64,000 nt of DNA from the sequence record KX397373.1; one strand, given 5' to 3'. A program made the translations under genes and the position numbers. Below the pieces are notes generated by a model that worked only from the letters and a program-made list of their open reading frames with translations, was not told where the DNA came from and did no database searches. Below are positions 6,621-16,602 of the stretch, piece by piece. Position 1 is the first letter of the stretch, and each line of letters starts with the position of its first letter.

Positions 6621-7010
6621 ATGAAGACGAAACTGCGTCCGATGGACGTGATTATGGCTCATCCGGATACCCTCAAGAACATTAAGCCACGCAGTGAACT
6701 TGATAGTGCCCTTATCGAGATGACACTGTGGGGTTTCACATTTCACCCGGATGAACACCACAACACGAAGCATTTGGATGTGGCTGCTGATGCAGAGATT
6801 GACTGGTCGGTTAAAGAGGGTTTCGAAGATGTAGAAGCCTACGTGACCAGTTCCACGCAACCAGCCCGTTTCCCGGTTGCTGGTGAAGCTGAGAACATTA
6901 TCTCTTTGCGCCGCTTGCTTAACGCGCAACCCGAAGTTGTCCGCGAGGGAGATGCGTGGGCGGCTGGCACAGCGTGCCATTTGAAGAACATGCTTACCCA
7001 GGCCGGTTAA
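6621..7010 (+). CDS. hypothetical protein
   Basis: AAGGAG RBS with ATG start. Confidence 0.8.
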   Translation: MKTKLRPMDVIMAHPDTLKNIKPRSELDSALIEMTLWGFTFHPDEHHNTKHLDVAADAEIDWSVKEGFEDVEAYVTSSTQPARFPVAGEAENIISLRRLLNAQPEVVREGDAWAAGTACHLKNMLTQAG

Positions 7011-7020
7011 AATAGAAGTA

Positions 7021-7057
7021 CCCCTACTCAATCGAGTAGGGGCTGTTTCTTTTTTTT
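7021..7057. terminator. terminator between convergent genes
   Basis: CCCCTACTC-AATC-GAGTAGGGG with a T tract 3' and an A-rich 5' flank. Confidence 0.75.
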
Positions 7058-7060
7058 TCT

Positions 7061-7873
7061 TTACGCTTTGAAACGTCCGGCGTTAAGATAGTTGTAACGG
7101 TTACCGATGTCATCGTTGTGGATGAGCGCACGTTGCATCCGCGGTAAGTTGTCGTTGAACATCTCACCGGAATCTTCATACTTCTCAATGAAGTTACGGA
7201 AGGCACCGAACTCCATCCCGTTTTCCAGTTTCCCGGCATCCATGTCAAACATCATCTTGTTGTAGATGTACTGTCGGGTAGCGTACAACCCTAAGTCAGC
7301 GACAACCGGATAGAACGGTGGTTTGATTTCGTTCAGGTCATCAGACAACATGAACTTCGCCATAATCTTCGTGGCGTAGACAAACATGCCTGGGTCTTTG
7401 ATACGAATCACGTTCGGGCCTAATACCTTACATTCCGGCGAACCGATACGGGGCATGGCGGACTGACTGTCAACGACCTGCTGGGTGGAAGACATTACCC
7501 CGGTCGATGCACCATCAAGGTATGAACCCGCGGGCGGTAGCGTGTACGCTTGTCCCGCGACCGGCGTAACCGCCAGGTGTGCATCAATAAGCGGACGACC
7601 ACCCGTTTTGATATCGTCGATGTAATAGACACGACTGTAGTAGTCTTGCGTGTCGTTTTCATACGCCACCCCCTGTAAGTCAATCTCGGTATACTGACCC
7701 ATCCGTGAGACTTCGGGAATCAAATACTCCTTAAAGACTTTTTCGCTGATCTCGTTATCCAGGGAAGAGGCGATCCCGAGTAGGCGAAGGTTTTCTGGTG
7801 CAAATGCAGCCCGTAGAATGGGCTCTGGGATCTCGCGGCGGATACGCCGGAGACAATAATCGATAACACTCAT
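7061..7873 (-). CDS. conserved hypothetical protein, probable virion component
   Basis: Start at 7873 (MSVIDY) with AGGAG RBS; TATG 33 nt upstream, resembling a phiKZ late promoter; virion role is inference. Confidence 0.75.
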   Translation of the reverse strand: MSVIDYCLRRIRREIPEPILRAAFAPENLRLLGIASSLDNEISEKVFKEYLIPEVSRMGQYTEIDLQGVAYENDTQDYYSRVYYIDDIKTGGRPLIDAHLAVTPVAGQAYTLPPAGSYLDGASTGVMSSTQQVVDSQSAMPRIGSPECKVLGPNVIRIKDPGMFVYATKIMAKFMLSDDLNEIKPPFYPVVADLGLYATRQYIYNKMMFDMDAGKLENGMEFGAFRNFIEKYEDSGEMFNDNLPRMQRALIHNDDIGNRYNYLNAGRFKA

Positions 7874-7995
7874 TCTAGAGCTCCTGTAAAGCACGTACGT
7901 CGGTTCATAGCATCGGGTAATATGATTGGCTAACGCCAATAAAAAATACGCGTAGCGCCCTTTCTGTGCGCACCATACTCGAAGATATTTTGCAT

Positions 7996-8012
7996 AGATA
8001 TTATCTTCGTGA
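7996..8012 (+). promoter_or_regulatory. phage promoter-like motif AGATATTATC-N3-GTGA
   Basis: Recurs upstream of several operon starts. Confidence 0.6.
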
Positions 8013-8034
8013 AGTTCCCCTTAAGGAGTATTAA

Positions 8035-8358
8035 ATGACGCGCGTGTATTTCAATTTTCGATTAGACGTGAGTCACGTATTAACGCTGAGTCCCCAGAGG
8101 GCGTTGCTCTGTATGCAAGAGCTCATCTATCCGGGGCTACATGACTTACCGTCTGAGCACTTAAGTATTGCCGAAAGATATTTCGGTTCGGAAGCGTGGT
8201 ACATGATATCGGCACTCGGTCGTTACCATCGCAATCCTTTCCTTTACAATAACGGAGTTGTGCAAACGTGGTCAGAATTCACCTCGAGCCAAATGCGGTT
8301 CACAATTGCTTCTGGGGCGCAGTGGAGTCATCCTCATATGCTACCACTTTGCGGATGA
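8035..8358 (+). CDS. hypothetical protein
   Basis: AAGGAG RBS; first gene of a coupled operon. Confidence 0.75.
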   Translation: MTRVYFNFRLDVSHVLTLSPQRALLCMQELIYPGLHDLPSEHLSIAERYFGSEAWYMISALGRYHRNPFLYNNGVVQTWSEFTSSQMRFTIASGAQWSHPHMLPLCG

Positions 8359-8921
8359 CACCTCAGGAGAAACAGACCGTTACGGTGCAGTTGCTACACA
8401 CGGCATTGGAAGACATCTTTTATTCCATTCCGTCTGAACCCAACTGTCGCCTGTCCGACCACTTAGAACCGTTCGTCGATTGTTTTGAATTGACAATGGC
8501 ATTGGTGGCCGATCAAATCATTGCACCGCCTAAGCGTATTCAGCGTAATACGTTGATAGTGTCTAACGGAGGGTTGGGAGCATCTCCAGTTGGGCGGCGG
8601 TCACAAGAAGTGGCGGTATTAAAACCGGCCAGCTATCTTCTGGGCATTGCTTTTGAACCTTGCTACGACGTGTTCCTTAACGAAGTAGAAGGTGTTGTGC
8701 GTGCGGCTTTCGAAGCGGCGAAGCAACCGTATAACCGTTATGCAACGGTCGAGGTTGAACCGCATCTCACCCCGCGTGGTCAGGTAGCTACACTGGAGTT
8801 GAAAATTGGAGAGGACATCCGCTTTATCCACTACCGCAAGTCCTTCCCAAACAAAAGATATCGTCCACATGACGCTCATCGATCACATCGCGAGCAAGGC
8901 GTATCTGAGGATTTTGAATGA
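8355..8921 (+). CDS. hypothetical protein
   Basis: ATGA overlap with the upstream stop. Confidence 0.75.
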   Translation: MTPQEKQTVTVQLLHTALEDIFYSIPSEPNCRLSDHLEPFVDCFELTMALVADQIIAPPKRIQRNTLIVSNGGLGASPVGRRSQEVAVLKPASYLLGIAFEPCYDVFLNEVEGVVRAAFEAAKQPYNRYATVEVEPHLTPRGQVATLELKIGEDIRFIHYRKSFPNKRYRPHDAHRSHREQGVSEDFE

Positions 8922-9237
8922 CGATAGGTTGGCCAGTCGTTCAGGTTACGACATCCAACAAATCAAACACATCATCCTGGACTTGATTGAGTATTTTGTC
9001 GGCAATGTAACGGAACATGGAGCGTGGGACAGTCGTGTCGTGACGGCTATCGCAAACTGCTACCGGAAATCCAGCGCAGCGGAAGTGACGATGTTTGCTA
9101 CACAGGTGCGTCTGGCCATGAGCGAGGAAATGGGCATTCCTCTCAAAGGTTGGCGTTATCATTATCGGATAGTGGGTAGGTTTATCCGCTTTATCCCTCG
9201 CAAGATAACAGACGTTTATGATGACTATCTACCTTGA
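8869..9237 (+). CDS. hypothetical protein
   Basis: ATG at 8869 (MTLIDH) within the operon. Confidence 0.65.
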   Translation: MTLIDHIASKAYLRILNDDRLASRSGYDIQQIKHIILDLIEYFVGNVTEHGAWDSRVVTAIANCYRKSSAAEVTMFATQVRLAMSEEMGIPLKGWRYHYRIVGRFIRFIPRKITDVYDDYLP

Positions 9238-9616
9238 CTTCCCGCACACATATGCGGAGATGTTAGCGATTGTCAGAAAGTTTGCTTATAAGAGCTATCT
9301 GGATGTGGCGGATACTGTTGATTACTATCTCGAGCAACTTATCCGGTTGGAAGTGCTACGGCGTAAGCATAACGTAGCCTACCCGATACTCCGTGATATC
9401 TTCGGCGAGATTGTGAGAAAGCACCCGTTGATGGATAGCGATGAGCACTACTTCAACTGTCGCGCCATTGAGATTTATTTACAGAACTCCACCCGTCTAT
9501 GGGACTTGGTGGAAGAGGAGCTGACGATGCTCCCCAGTACCGACTTTCTGCTCTGGCATGTGGAATTCGGTATCTGGAAAATGTATACAGCAGGAGTTAT
9601 CCATGTTGGAGAGTGA
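9218..9616 (+). CDS. hypothetical protein
   Basis: Overlapping operon ORF. Confidence 0.7.
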   Translation: MMTIYLDFPHTYAEMLAIVRKFAYKSYLDVADTVDYYLEQLIRLEVLRRKHNVAYPILRDIFGEIVRKHPLMDSDEHYFNCRAIEIYLQNSTRLWDLVEEELTMLPSTDFLLWHVEFGIWKMYTAGVIHVGE

Positions 9617-10112
9617 GTATTTCTTTATCCCGGACTATCAGCTTATCTGTGGTCCGCTCTCGGAGTTTGACCCTAACTGCATTCTCCGTGAGGTAAACGA
9701 TGACCTGAATAGCATCATCAATTTGGCGATGTCGTTTGTAGAGAAGGGCACCATCGGCGAACAAGTCGGGTTCAGTATGCCGAAGACCTTTGAGTTCGTA
9801 GCCCGTGAGATGAATGCACGCGGTTATGTTATTGAAGGTGACAGCATCATTGAATACGGCGTGGCAATACAGGAAGTAGGTAAGGCGTTCATGACGGCTG
9901 TGTCGAACAATCCCTATTGGTTCACACGGTACGGTACTTGGGTAGGTGCCCGGTACGGCGCAAAGAGTCAAACGGGCGGGGTGGAATTCCTGTTACGTTA
10001 CTCAATGCAGAAGTTCCCTCAGTACGAGCAACCAGGGATGGCTGAGAAAGTGACACCAACATTACTGGCGGTAATCGAAATGCTGTTTGGTAATTTGGGA
10101 GGGAAGTTATGA
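9603..10112 (+). CDS. hypothetical protein
   Basis: AGGAG RBS before ATG at 9603 (MLESEY). Confidence 0.75.
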   Translation: MLESEYFFIPDYQLICGPLSEFDPNCILREVNDDLNSIINLAMSFVEKGTIGEQVGFSMPKTFEFVAREMNARGYVIEGDSIIEYGVAIQEVGKAFMTAVSNNPYWFTRYGTWVGARYGAKSQTGGVEFLLRYSMQKFPQYEQPGMAEKVTPTLLAVIEMLFGNLGGKL

Positions 10113-10693
10113 GAATCATGTTTGATGTACCGAATGAAGTTAATCGGTACGGGGCCATGAAGTTCTTTGAGACCGTGCGGGATAATGTCCTGCACGCCAT
10201 CGAAGCCGGGAACCTGGAGATTGCCGAAAGTAACATTCGGCAGTTTTATCAGGACTATGCCTGGGCATACATCATTGCCACCAAGAACCGCAACCCTGCC
10301 ATGCTGGATAAGTATCTGATGCAGGTGACCTGTGACCCGATTGGGGACTGGACACCGATGACGGATGCATCTGGTGCGGAAATTCAGTTAGGGGCTTTAG
10401 CAAGCGATAAGCCGTTGCCAGACCACATGCTCATCATTGACGACCAGTTCGCCAGCGGTGAAGATGAGACGTACACGTTTTTGTGTGCCGAAGACAGCAA
10501 CACGCTATCACACTTTGCCGCACTTGAGGCAGCAAAGGAGCGCCTGACGCACGAGCTGACTACCCGAACCGGGTTAGCCGCTCTGATTGAATCGATGTTG
10601 CCGGGAGACTTCTCGTCGTACGTCGGGGAATCATTTGACGGTATGGTGGTAATTTGTCATGAAACTTTACTTGGACGTGGCGGAAATATTTGA
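10109..10693 (+). CDS. hypothetical protein
   Basis: ATGA overlap with GGAGG RBS. Confidence 0.8.
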   Translation: MRIMFDVPNEVNRYGAMKFFETVRDNVLHAIEAGNLEIAESNIRQFYQDYAWAYIIATKNRNPAMLDKYLMQVTCDPIGDWTPMTDASGAEIQLGALASDKPLPDHMLIIDDQFASGEDETYTFLCAEDSNTLSHFAALEAAKERLTHELTTRTGLAALIESMLPGDFSSYVGESFDGMVVICHETLLGRGGNI

Positions 10694-11090
10694 CTTCGAA
10701 GAACTGATGGCACGGGCGCACCTCGCGAATGAAAACGAGGTGGAGCCCGCTATCGCTTATTTATTTCTGACGAAGTACGCGGAAGAAACCGTGCGGTCTA
10801 TCGCAAAGCGGGCAGGGGAAGGCGAGAACTTTCTGACATTCATCTCACCGGAACCACACCTTATTGTGACTCAGTTAGCCCAGATGTGGGGTCGCGAAAA
10901 GGTTGTCCCACTATTGATGTCGCACATGTCGTGGAAGATCAACGAAGATGTTCAATTCACCCGTATCCTTAATACTGTGGAGCGGTTGTGGAAAGAAGTT
11001 GGTCTTCCGCGAGACGAAGCGGCCAAACGCACGAAGGTTTCTCTCCTTATGAAAGAGATCGGTAGTGCAACCATTTGCGTAGAGTGTTAA
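10659..11090 (+). CDS. hypothetical protein
   Basis: Overlapping operon ORF. Confidence 0.75.
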   Translation: MKLYLDVAEIFDFEELMARAHLANENEVEPAIAYLFLTKYAEETVRSIAKRAGEGENFLTFISPEPHLIVTQLAQMWGREKVVPLLMSHMSWKINEDVQFTRILNTVERLWKEVGLPRDEAAKRTKVSLLMKEIGSATICVEC

Positions 11091-11099
11091 GGGGCGAAG

Positions 11100-11693
11100 A
11101 TGTTATATAGGGTGAGAGCTAACCACCTTATTTGCGTCGACTTAGGTGTGCTGGGTTATGTGAACGATGGGGAGTGGTTCTTGCAGATGGTGATTAACTA
11201 CATCCGCACCATTCCCCGTTTACACATCGAGCTGGGGGAAAGTCCGAACGAGCAAAGTATCGTGACTGCGGTTGAATGGGCGTTGTTGTCGTACACCCGT
11301 GAGCTGCGTTTCCCCGGTACCCGTTCAGAGTTCCATCAGCTGAACCAATACCTAAAGACGTTGAATGATGAATACCGTCGCTGGAAGTTCGACGAGTGTA
11401 TGGAGTCGCAAGTGGGGTCAGTTGCTTTTGATGACTTGCGTCCGCTCCTGACTATCGTGGAACAGTGCCGTATTCTGGGTGAATCGTCGTGGGACATCCT
11501 GCGGACATATGCCAATGACTTGATGCTTGAGGTTATCCTTTCGGCAATCAAGGAACATTTCGCTGCACCGATGGACATGTTTATGACCGTCCACAAAGAG
11601 AAAGTCAAGGGCTTTGACCTGTACGTCCATTTTCCTACGGATGCCACGTCAGCGCTTGATTTGAAACTGTTGGTAGATATTCCGGAGGAGTGA
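11100..11693 (+). CDS. hypothetical protein
   Basis: AAGGGG RBS with ATG start. Confidence 0.75.
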   Translation: MLYRVRANHLICVDLGVLGYVNDGEWFLQMVINYIRTIPRLHIELGESPNEQSIVTAVEWALLSYTRELRFPGTRSEFHQLNQYLKTLNDEYRRWKFDECMESQVGSVAFDDLRPLLTIVEQCRILGESSWDILRTYANDLMLEVILSAIKEHFAAPMDMFMTVHKEKVKGFDLYVHFPTDATSALDLKLLVDIPEE

Positions 11694-12103
11694 TGTTCAA
11701 CGTTAAGTCGATTGAGCCAGGGAGTGTGGTAAACATTGTTTACGATACCCCTTTAAAAGGTAACGAAACCCGCGTGCTGGTCTTGGCCTCCAACGTGGGA
11801 TTCGAAATGGCCAAGTCGTATCTGGATGTGCGCGCTGAGCAGAAGAACATTTATTCTTCTCTGGTCGCGCAACCTGACGACGACCCAACCAAATACACCT
11901 ACCTGCTGTTCAAAGGTGCTGATGGTAAACCGAATGTAGCGGCGGATGCGTGGATTCGCAACGTGGCAATCATCGATACCATCTCAGTACAGTTCAAAGT
12001 GACCCTGGATAACAAACAGGAAATCGATGACCTGAAACTGGCACTGGCAGCGCGCGGCTTCAATGATGTGCAGTTTGAAATCATTGAAAACGTAGCAGGT
12101 TAA
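11690..12103 (+). CDS. hypothetical protein
   Basis: GGAGG RBS, coupled start, terminator downstream. Confidence 0.8.
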   Translation: MMFNVKSIEPGSVVNIVYDTPLKGNETRVLVLASNVGFEMAKSYLDVRAEQKNIYSSLVAQPDDDPTKYTYLLFKGADGKPNVAADAWIRNVAIIDTISVQFKVTLDNKQEIDDLKLALAARGFNDVQFEIIENVAG

Positions 12104-12109
12104 GATAGA

Positions 12110-12146
12110 CCCACTCTTCGGAGTGGGCTTTCTTTTTTTCTTTTTT
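12110..12146 (+). terminator. intrinsic terminator
   Basis: CCCACTC-TTCG-GAGTGGG followed by a T tract. Confidence 0.85.
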
Positions 12147-12194
12147 CACGTATCTGACCTGTCTTATAGCTGAGAATACACCAAGGGGCCAGAC

Positions 12195-14480
12195 GTGGAA
12201 TACCAATCACCATTTCGTCTTACTGAAGACGAATACCACCGTGACATCGACATTATCGATGCGTACTACGAACAGTTGGCCTTATACATCCACACCGTGA
12301 CCGCCGGTAAATACTCGCTGGAGTTTTGCCGTGAGCAAGTCGAAGACATGTTCAAACCAGGCGGGGAGTTAGTACAAGACTTCCCGGTCTGTAAGATGTG
12401 GGTGCGTAACCAAAAGACCGGTGACCGTGAAGAGAAGTACACCACGGTTGACCGTCTGTTCCGTACAGTAATTGATAAACAGATTATCTCGGCCCCGTCA
12501 TTAACCTTTTACGTGCCCGAGCATGTCAAGCGTTCGAAGCTTGCGGAGTTTACCGCAGAGAACGTGCGTAAGCGTGCTGTGGTGAAAAAAGAAATGTACG
12601 TGGCCGCCGCTGCGGGTAACGAAGTCTTAAAGATCAACAAAAAGAACGAACAAAACGCCGTTAAGACTTTGAACAACGGAATGTCAGGAGCCTTCTCCTC
12701 GCCGTATACCGTTATCTTTAACCAGTCGTCGCACTCCGTGTTGACGTCAACGTGCCGTACGGCGACCTCGTTTGGTAACGCCGGTAACGAACGTCTGTTG
12801 GGTGGTCGTCGTCACTACGACACACCATCTCGCGTACTCGACCATTTCCTGTCTATCGGTACCCTTACCGACTGGCAGGGATTCAAAGCGTGCATGGACA
12901 AATACAACCTGCACTATCCGTCGGTCGACGAAGTTATGGAAGTGGTGGAGCACTCTTCGAAAGATTACTTCATCAACCCAGAAGGTCTGGCGTTTATTCG
13001 TCAGTACGCCACTAACACGACCGCACTTACGCGTGCAGCATTTGTGTACATGGGCGACTTCTATCACCTGGCGAAGTACAACGATCAATTCATGCGTGGA
13101 TTTATTGGTGCACTGATTGCCGAAGAGATGGAAGAAGAAATCACCGATTGGGATGCCGCTGAGAAATCGATTGACGGGGACATGGAGATTATTATCTCTC
13201 AGTTCCGTACCGACATCGTACCGCTCGGTAAGTCTTTCTCGGATGTGAAGCTGAAAGATGAAGACACCAACAAAGCTGAGCCGTGGGAGAAGCAGGACAA
13301 ATACAAAGAGCTGATTCGCTCTGCGGTGTACCTGCAAAAGACCATTGGCCACTATGCGTGTTTGATTCGCAATGTGCTGACCACCAAGAACCTGCCAATC
13401 AACATTGCCAGGATGCCTGACGTGGTGCGTAGCGTCGGCGTAGTATCGGACACCGACTCCACGATGATGACTGCGCAGTGGTGGGCACAGTGGTACACCG
13501 GACAACACTACGGACGTGAGGCAACCCGCGTTTCTGATGCGATGATTTACCTGGCAACCCAACACTTGCGCCATTTGATGGCGAGTATGTCAGTAAACAT
13601 CGGTGTAGCAAAAGAGCGTCTGTTCCTGTACGCAATGAAGAACGAGTACAAGTTCGACTCCTTTGCCCTGACCACCAAAGCCAAGCATTACTTCTCCATT
13701 ATTACCGGACAGGAAGGCCAGCTGAAGAAAGACCCAGAGCTAGAAGTGAAGGGGGTTTCTCTGCGTACGTCGAACATTCCACCGGTTATCATGAAAGAGT
13801 TCAAGCGTACCATCAAACAACTCTGTGAGATTGTTGCACGCGGCGACAAAATCGAAATCATTCCTCTGCTGGAGAAGGTCGCAGGGATCGAGCACACCGT
13901 GGCGAATTCTATCCGCAGCGGTAATGCCGGTTACTTGAAAACCACCAACATCAAGGAACGTACCGCGTATAACGAGAACGACGAGAAGAACTACCACTAC
14001 CACCGTTTCTACAACGAAGTGTTCGGGCCGAAGTTCGGTCATATCGGTGAACCTCCGTACGACGGTGTGAAGTTGCCGGTTAGCTTGCAGACTAAAACCG
14101 CGGTTAAAGAGTGGTTAGAGTCCATTAAAGATCCGATGATTAAAGCCTCCGCAACTCAGTGGTTTGAATCAACCAACTTCCGTACTTACCGTACGCTGAT
14201 TCTGCCAGAACACCTGGTAGAGAACTACGGGATTCCACAGGAGCTGATTGACATCGCGGATATTCGTCGTACTGCATTTGCCACGGTTGAACCGTACTAC
14301 CACATCCTGGAATGTCTGGGTGTGTTCATGATGGACAAGAACCGCACTCGACTGCTGTCGGATTACTACGGCGAATCGCTGGATGCGGAACTGGCCGAAG
14401 CCTTAGCCGAGGTCACGTATGTTCGTAACGATGAGCGTGAAGACGAGGATGAAGATGAAGAAGAAGGCGGTGAGGAATAA
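12195..14480 (+). CDS. family-B DNA polymerase, polymerase half (phiKZ gp50-like)
   Basis: Motif B KTLNNGMSG, motif C SDTDS, K..Y and KG motifs; acidic C-terminal tail. Confidence 0.9.
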   Translation: MEYQSPFRLTEDEYHRDIDIIDAYYEQLALYIHTVTAGKYSLEFCREQVEDMFKPGGELVQDFPVCKMWVRNQKTGDREEKYTTVDRLFRTVIDKQIISAPSLTFYVPEHVKRSKLAEFTAENVRKRAVVKKEMYVAAAAGNEVLKINKKNEQNAVKTLNNGMSGAFSSPYTVIFNQSSHSVLTSTCRTATSFGNAGNERLLGGRRHYDTPSRVLDHFLSIGTLTDWQGFKACMDKYNLHYPSVDEVMEVVEHSSKDYFINPEGLAFIRQYATNTTALTRAAFVYMGDFYHLAKYNDQFMRGFIGALIAEEMEEEITDWDAAEKSIDGDMEIIISQFRTDIVPLGKSFSDVKLKDEDTNKAEPWEKQDKYKELIRSAVYLQKTIGHYACLIRNVLTTKNLPINIARMPDVVRSVGVVSDTDSTMMTAQWWAQWYTGQHYGREATRVSDAMIYLATQHLRHLMASMSVNIGVAKERLFLYAMKNEYKFDSFALTTKAKHYFSIITGQEGQLKKDPELEVKGVSLRTSNIPPVIMKEFKRTIKQLCEIVARGDKIEIIPLLEKVAGIEHTVANSIRSGNAGYLKTTNIKERTAYNENDEKNYHYHRFYNEVFGPKFGHIGEPPYDGVKLPVSLQTKTAVKEWLESIKDPMIKASATQWFESTNFRTYRTLILPEHLVENYGIPQELIDIADIRRTAFATVEPYYHILECLGVFMMDKNRTRLLSDYYGESLDAELAEALAEVTYVRNDEREDEDEDEEEGGEE

Positions 14481-14608
14481 TTTCTCGCACTTGTACCTAA
14501 GCAGTATGCCGCACCTGACCCGCAGAGTTGTTCTGTCGCCGCCAGGTGGGTTGCATCCGTCAATGGATACCGCGGGCTCACCGCGGTTCTACCACCGGGA
14601 GGAGAAAG

Positions 14609-14800
14609 ATGGCTTATCGTAATCCCTCCATCGCCAGCGCAGCCATCAGCGAAATCCGCAAAGAGCTGGAAGAACGCGGCTGCACCGATATCGTTCTGCA
14701 TCGCGGTGGTGAGTTTGTACACATCACCGCCAAGCACCCGAAAAAGAATCGGGAGATAAATGTTTACGCCCAGCCGTACCTGGCACAGGAGAATAAATGA
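14609..14800 (+). CDS. small hypothetical protein
   Basis: GGAGGAG RBS before ATG at 14609. Confidence 0.7.
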   Translation: MAYRNPSIASAAISEIRKELEERGCTDIVLHRGGEFVHITAKHPKKNREINVYAQPYLAQENK

Positions 14801-15258
14801 AAGAGGAAGAGAGTCGGTTCACGCCGATCCCGGATTACCGGGTACCGCTGGGCCTGGTTATTGAACAGCGTGACGGTAAGGGTACCGCAGTTACAGTCAC
14901 TTACCACCCGAACTCGCGTATCGGTCGTCAGCTGTTAAAAGAAATGGAGTACCGCTATGTGGCGGTACTTGACCGTGATGAAACCGATGTCCCGGAATAC
15001 CGCGACTGCTACTTCATGAAAGAGCAGGCGATTGTTGAGATGTTGAATGCGCTGCCGTGGCTGCGTAATCAGTATCAGGTCATTGATGGTTGGGTAGGGC
15101 CAGAGGTGCACGGGCCGAATGCCATTGTCGATATGGACTTTATGGTTATCGACAAGCTCGAGCGTACGCATCTGCATCGTTATACCGATGAGAACGTTTC
15201 GAAGATTTGTAACGATCTCGGGGTGCAGTTCTATCAGGGCAAAAAAAGAAAGGGATAA
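14797..15258 (+). CDS. hypothetical protein
   Basis: ATGA overlap with AGGAG RBS. Confidence 0.75.
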   Translation: MKEEESRFTPIPDYRVPLGLVIEQRDGKGTAVTVTYHPNSRIGRQLLKEMEYRYVAVLDRDETDVPEYRDCYFMKEQAIVEMLNALPWLRNQYQVIDGWVGPEVHGPNAIVDMDFMVIDKLERTHLHRYTDENVSKICNDLGVQFYQGKKRKG

Positions 15259-15283
15259 CCCTACACCGAAGTGTAGAGTTATT
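15255..15283. terminator. hairpin between convergent genes
   Basis: ATAAC-C-CTACAC-CGAA-GTGTAG-A-GTTAT; A run upstream suits minus-strand termination. Confidence 0.55.
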
Positions 15284-15334
15284 TACCTATTATATGGGAG
15301 ATTCGAAAGAATCTTTGGCAGGAGAGAGTAAGTC

Positions 15335-16396
15335 TCAATTTTCGAGAGCTGCGTACAACGGTTTTATCAGGTTCAGTTGCAGATACGTTTGCACTGACTT
15401 GGTTTGACGTTGTAACACTTTCGAATCCTCAAAGCGGGCGATGTCGATGTTCAAGTTCGATTTGAATTTGTCCATCGAAGGGTTGTCGTATTGCAGTGCA
15501 TACAACGCCCAGTACCAGTTAATGATGTTCTGGTGCCAACTGGCTTGTGTCGTCGAACCGGAATACCGGTGCTGCACACGGTCTACTGCTGTAGAGGGGT
15601 CGAGAGGGTTCTCGAAGAATTGGGGGACGTGGGCTAATACCGTACCGGGGTGCGGTGTGCCTGCGAGAAGACTTTTGTGTATGTTCCGTGCGTGCCTAAC
15701 CGTGAGGTCGTGCAATGGCGGAACGTTAACAACGCGCATCGGCAGGTCATCTTCCATCTCTTTATTAAACGCTACTGCCCGATGGACATTCAGAAATGCG
15801 ATGTCCATGTAGCTTGGCAACATGCGAGTAATCACATGACGCTGAGCATAAACCACGCTGGTCATCTGTTCCGTTGACTTCCGGTAATGCTGTTCCGCAA
15901 GAACGTATTGCCAGAGTAAGGCGACCAGGTTAATTTCAATGATTGCTACGCCCCGAGGTCGGTTATCGCCGAATTGCCAATTCAAATTGGTATACTCGTG
16001 GTAGAGATAGACTGCGGGGGTGTAATCGCGAAATGGCAGATCCGGATCAACCGGACGAGCGACGAGAGAGATTATCTCATCTTGTCCCTCTATAAAGGCA
16101 CCGTTATACACTTGCCCAAAGTTGCCGGGCGAAATGAGACGTAGTGCGTTCCCTATATCGGACAGCTTGCGACGGCAGGCCCATTCGATATCAAGGTATT
16201 CAGGTTCAGCTGCATAGCCGATACTGGATAGGATTTTCAAGATGAGGTGACCGGATTCCACACGCGTCTGCACCGATTCGAGGAAGTTACGAATGCGCTG
16301 TTGATTATTTTTTACGGCAGCAACCAATTGTATAGCGGAAGGGTCCGCGACGTGACCCTTTATGGCCACTTGGTTTAACTCGGCTTGACTGAACAT
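15335..16396 (-). CDS. conserved protein divergent from chimallin, probable virion component
   Basis: ATG at 16396 (MFSQAE) with AAGGAG RBS; TATG about 21 nt upstream; syntenic position. Confidence 0.75.
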   Translation of the reverse strand: MFSQAELNQVAIKGHVADPSAIQLVAAVKNNQQRIRNFLESVQTRVESGHLILKILSSIGYAAEPEYLDIEWACRRKLSDIGNALRLISPGNFGQVYNGAFIEGQDEIISLVARPVDPDLPFRDYTPAVYLYHEYTNLNWQFGDNRPRGVAIIEINLVALLWQYVLAEQHYRKSTEQMTSVVYAQRHVITRMLPSYMDIAFLNVHRAVAFNKEMEDDLPMRVVNVPPLHDLTVRHARNIHKSLLAGTPHPGTVLAHVPQFFENPLDPSTAVDRVQHRYSGSTTQASWHQNIINWYWALYALQYDNPSMDKFKSNLNIDIARFEDSKVLQRQTKSVQTYLQLNLIKPLYAALEN

Positions 16397-16451
16397 GACG
16401 GGCTCCTTTGGTTCCACATAGGAATTGGTCACAGTCAAAAAAATTACAGAT

Positions 16452-16468
16452 TGATATTATCATAGTGA
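16452..16468 (+). promoter_or_regulatory. promoter-like motif upstream of chimallin (distal copy)
   Basis: TGATATTATC-ATA-GTGA. Confidence 0.55.
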
Positions 16469-16542
16469 GAGTTCTGGTCTTCTGTCTGGTATATGTTATT
16501 GCAATAAGCGACGGCTTACCTGTATTCCATATATTCTCAGGC

Positions 16543-16559
16543 AGATATTATTACTGTGA
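16543..16559 (+). promoter_or_regulatory. promoter-like motif upstream of chimallin (proximal copy)
   Basis: AGATATTATT-ACT-GTGA. Confidence 0.55.
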
Positions 16560-16602
16560 ACTTCACTACGATTGATATAAAACCACTTAAGGAATATTTA
16601 CC

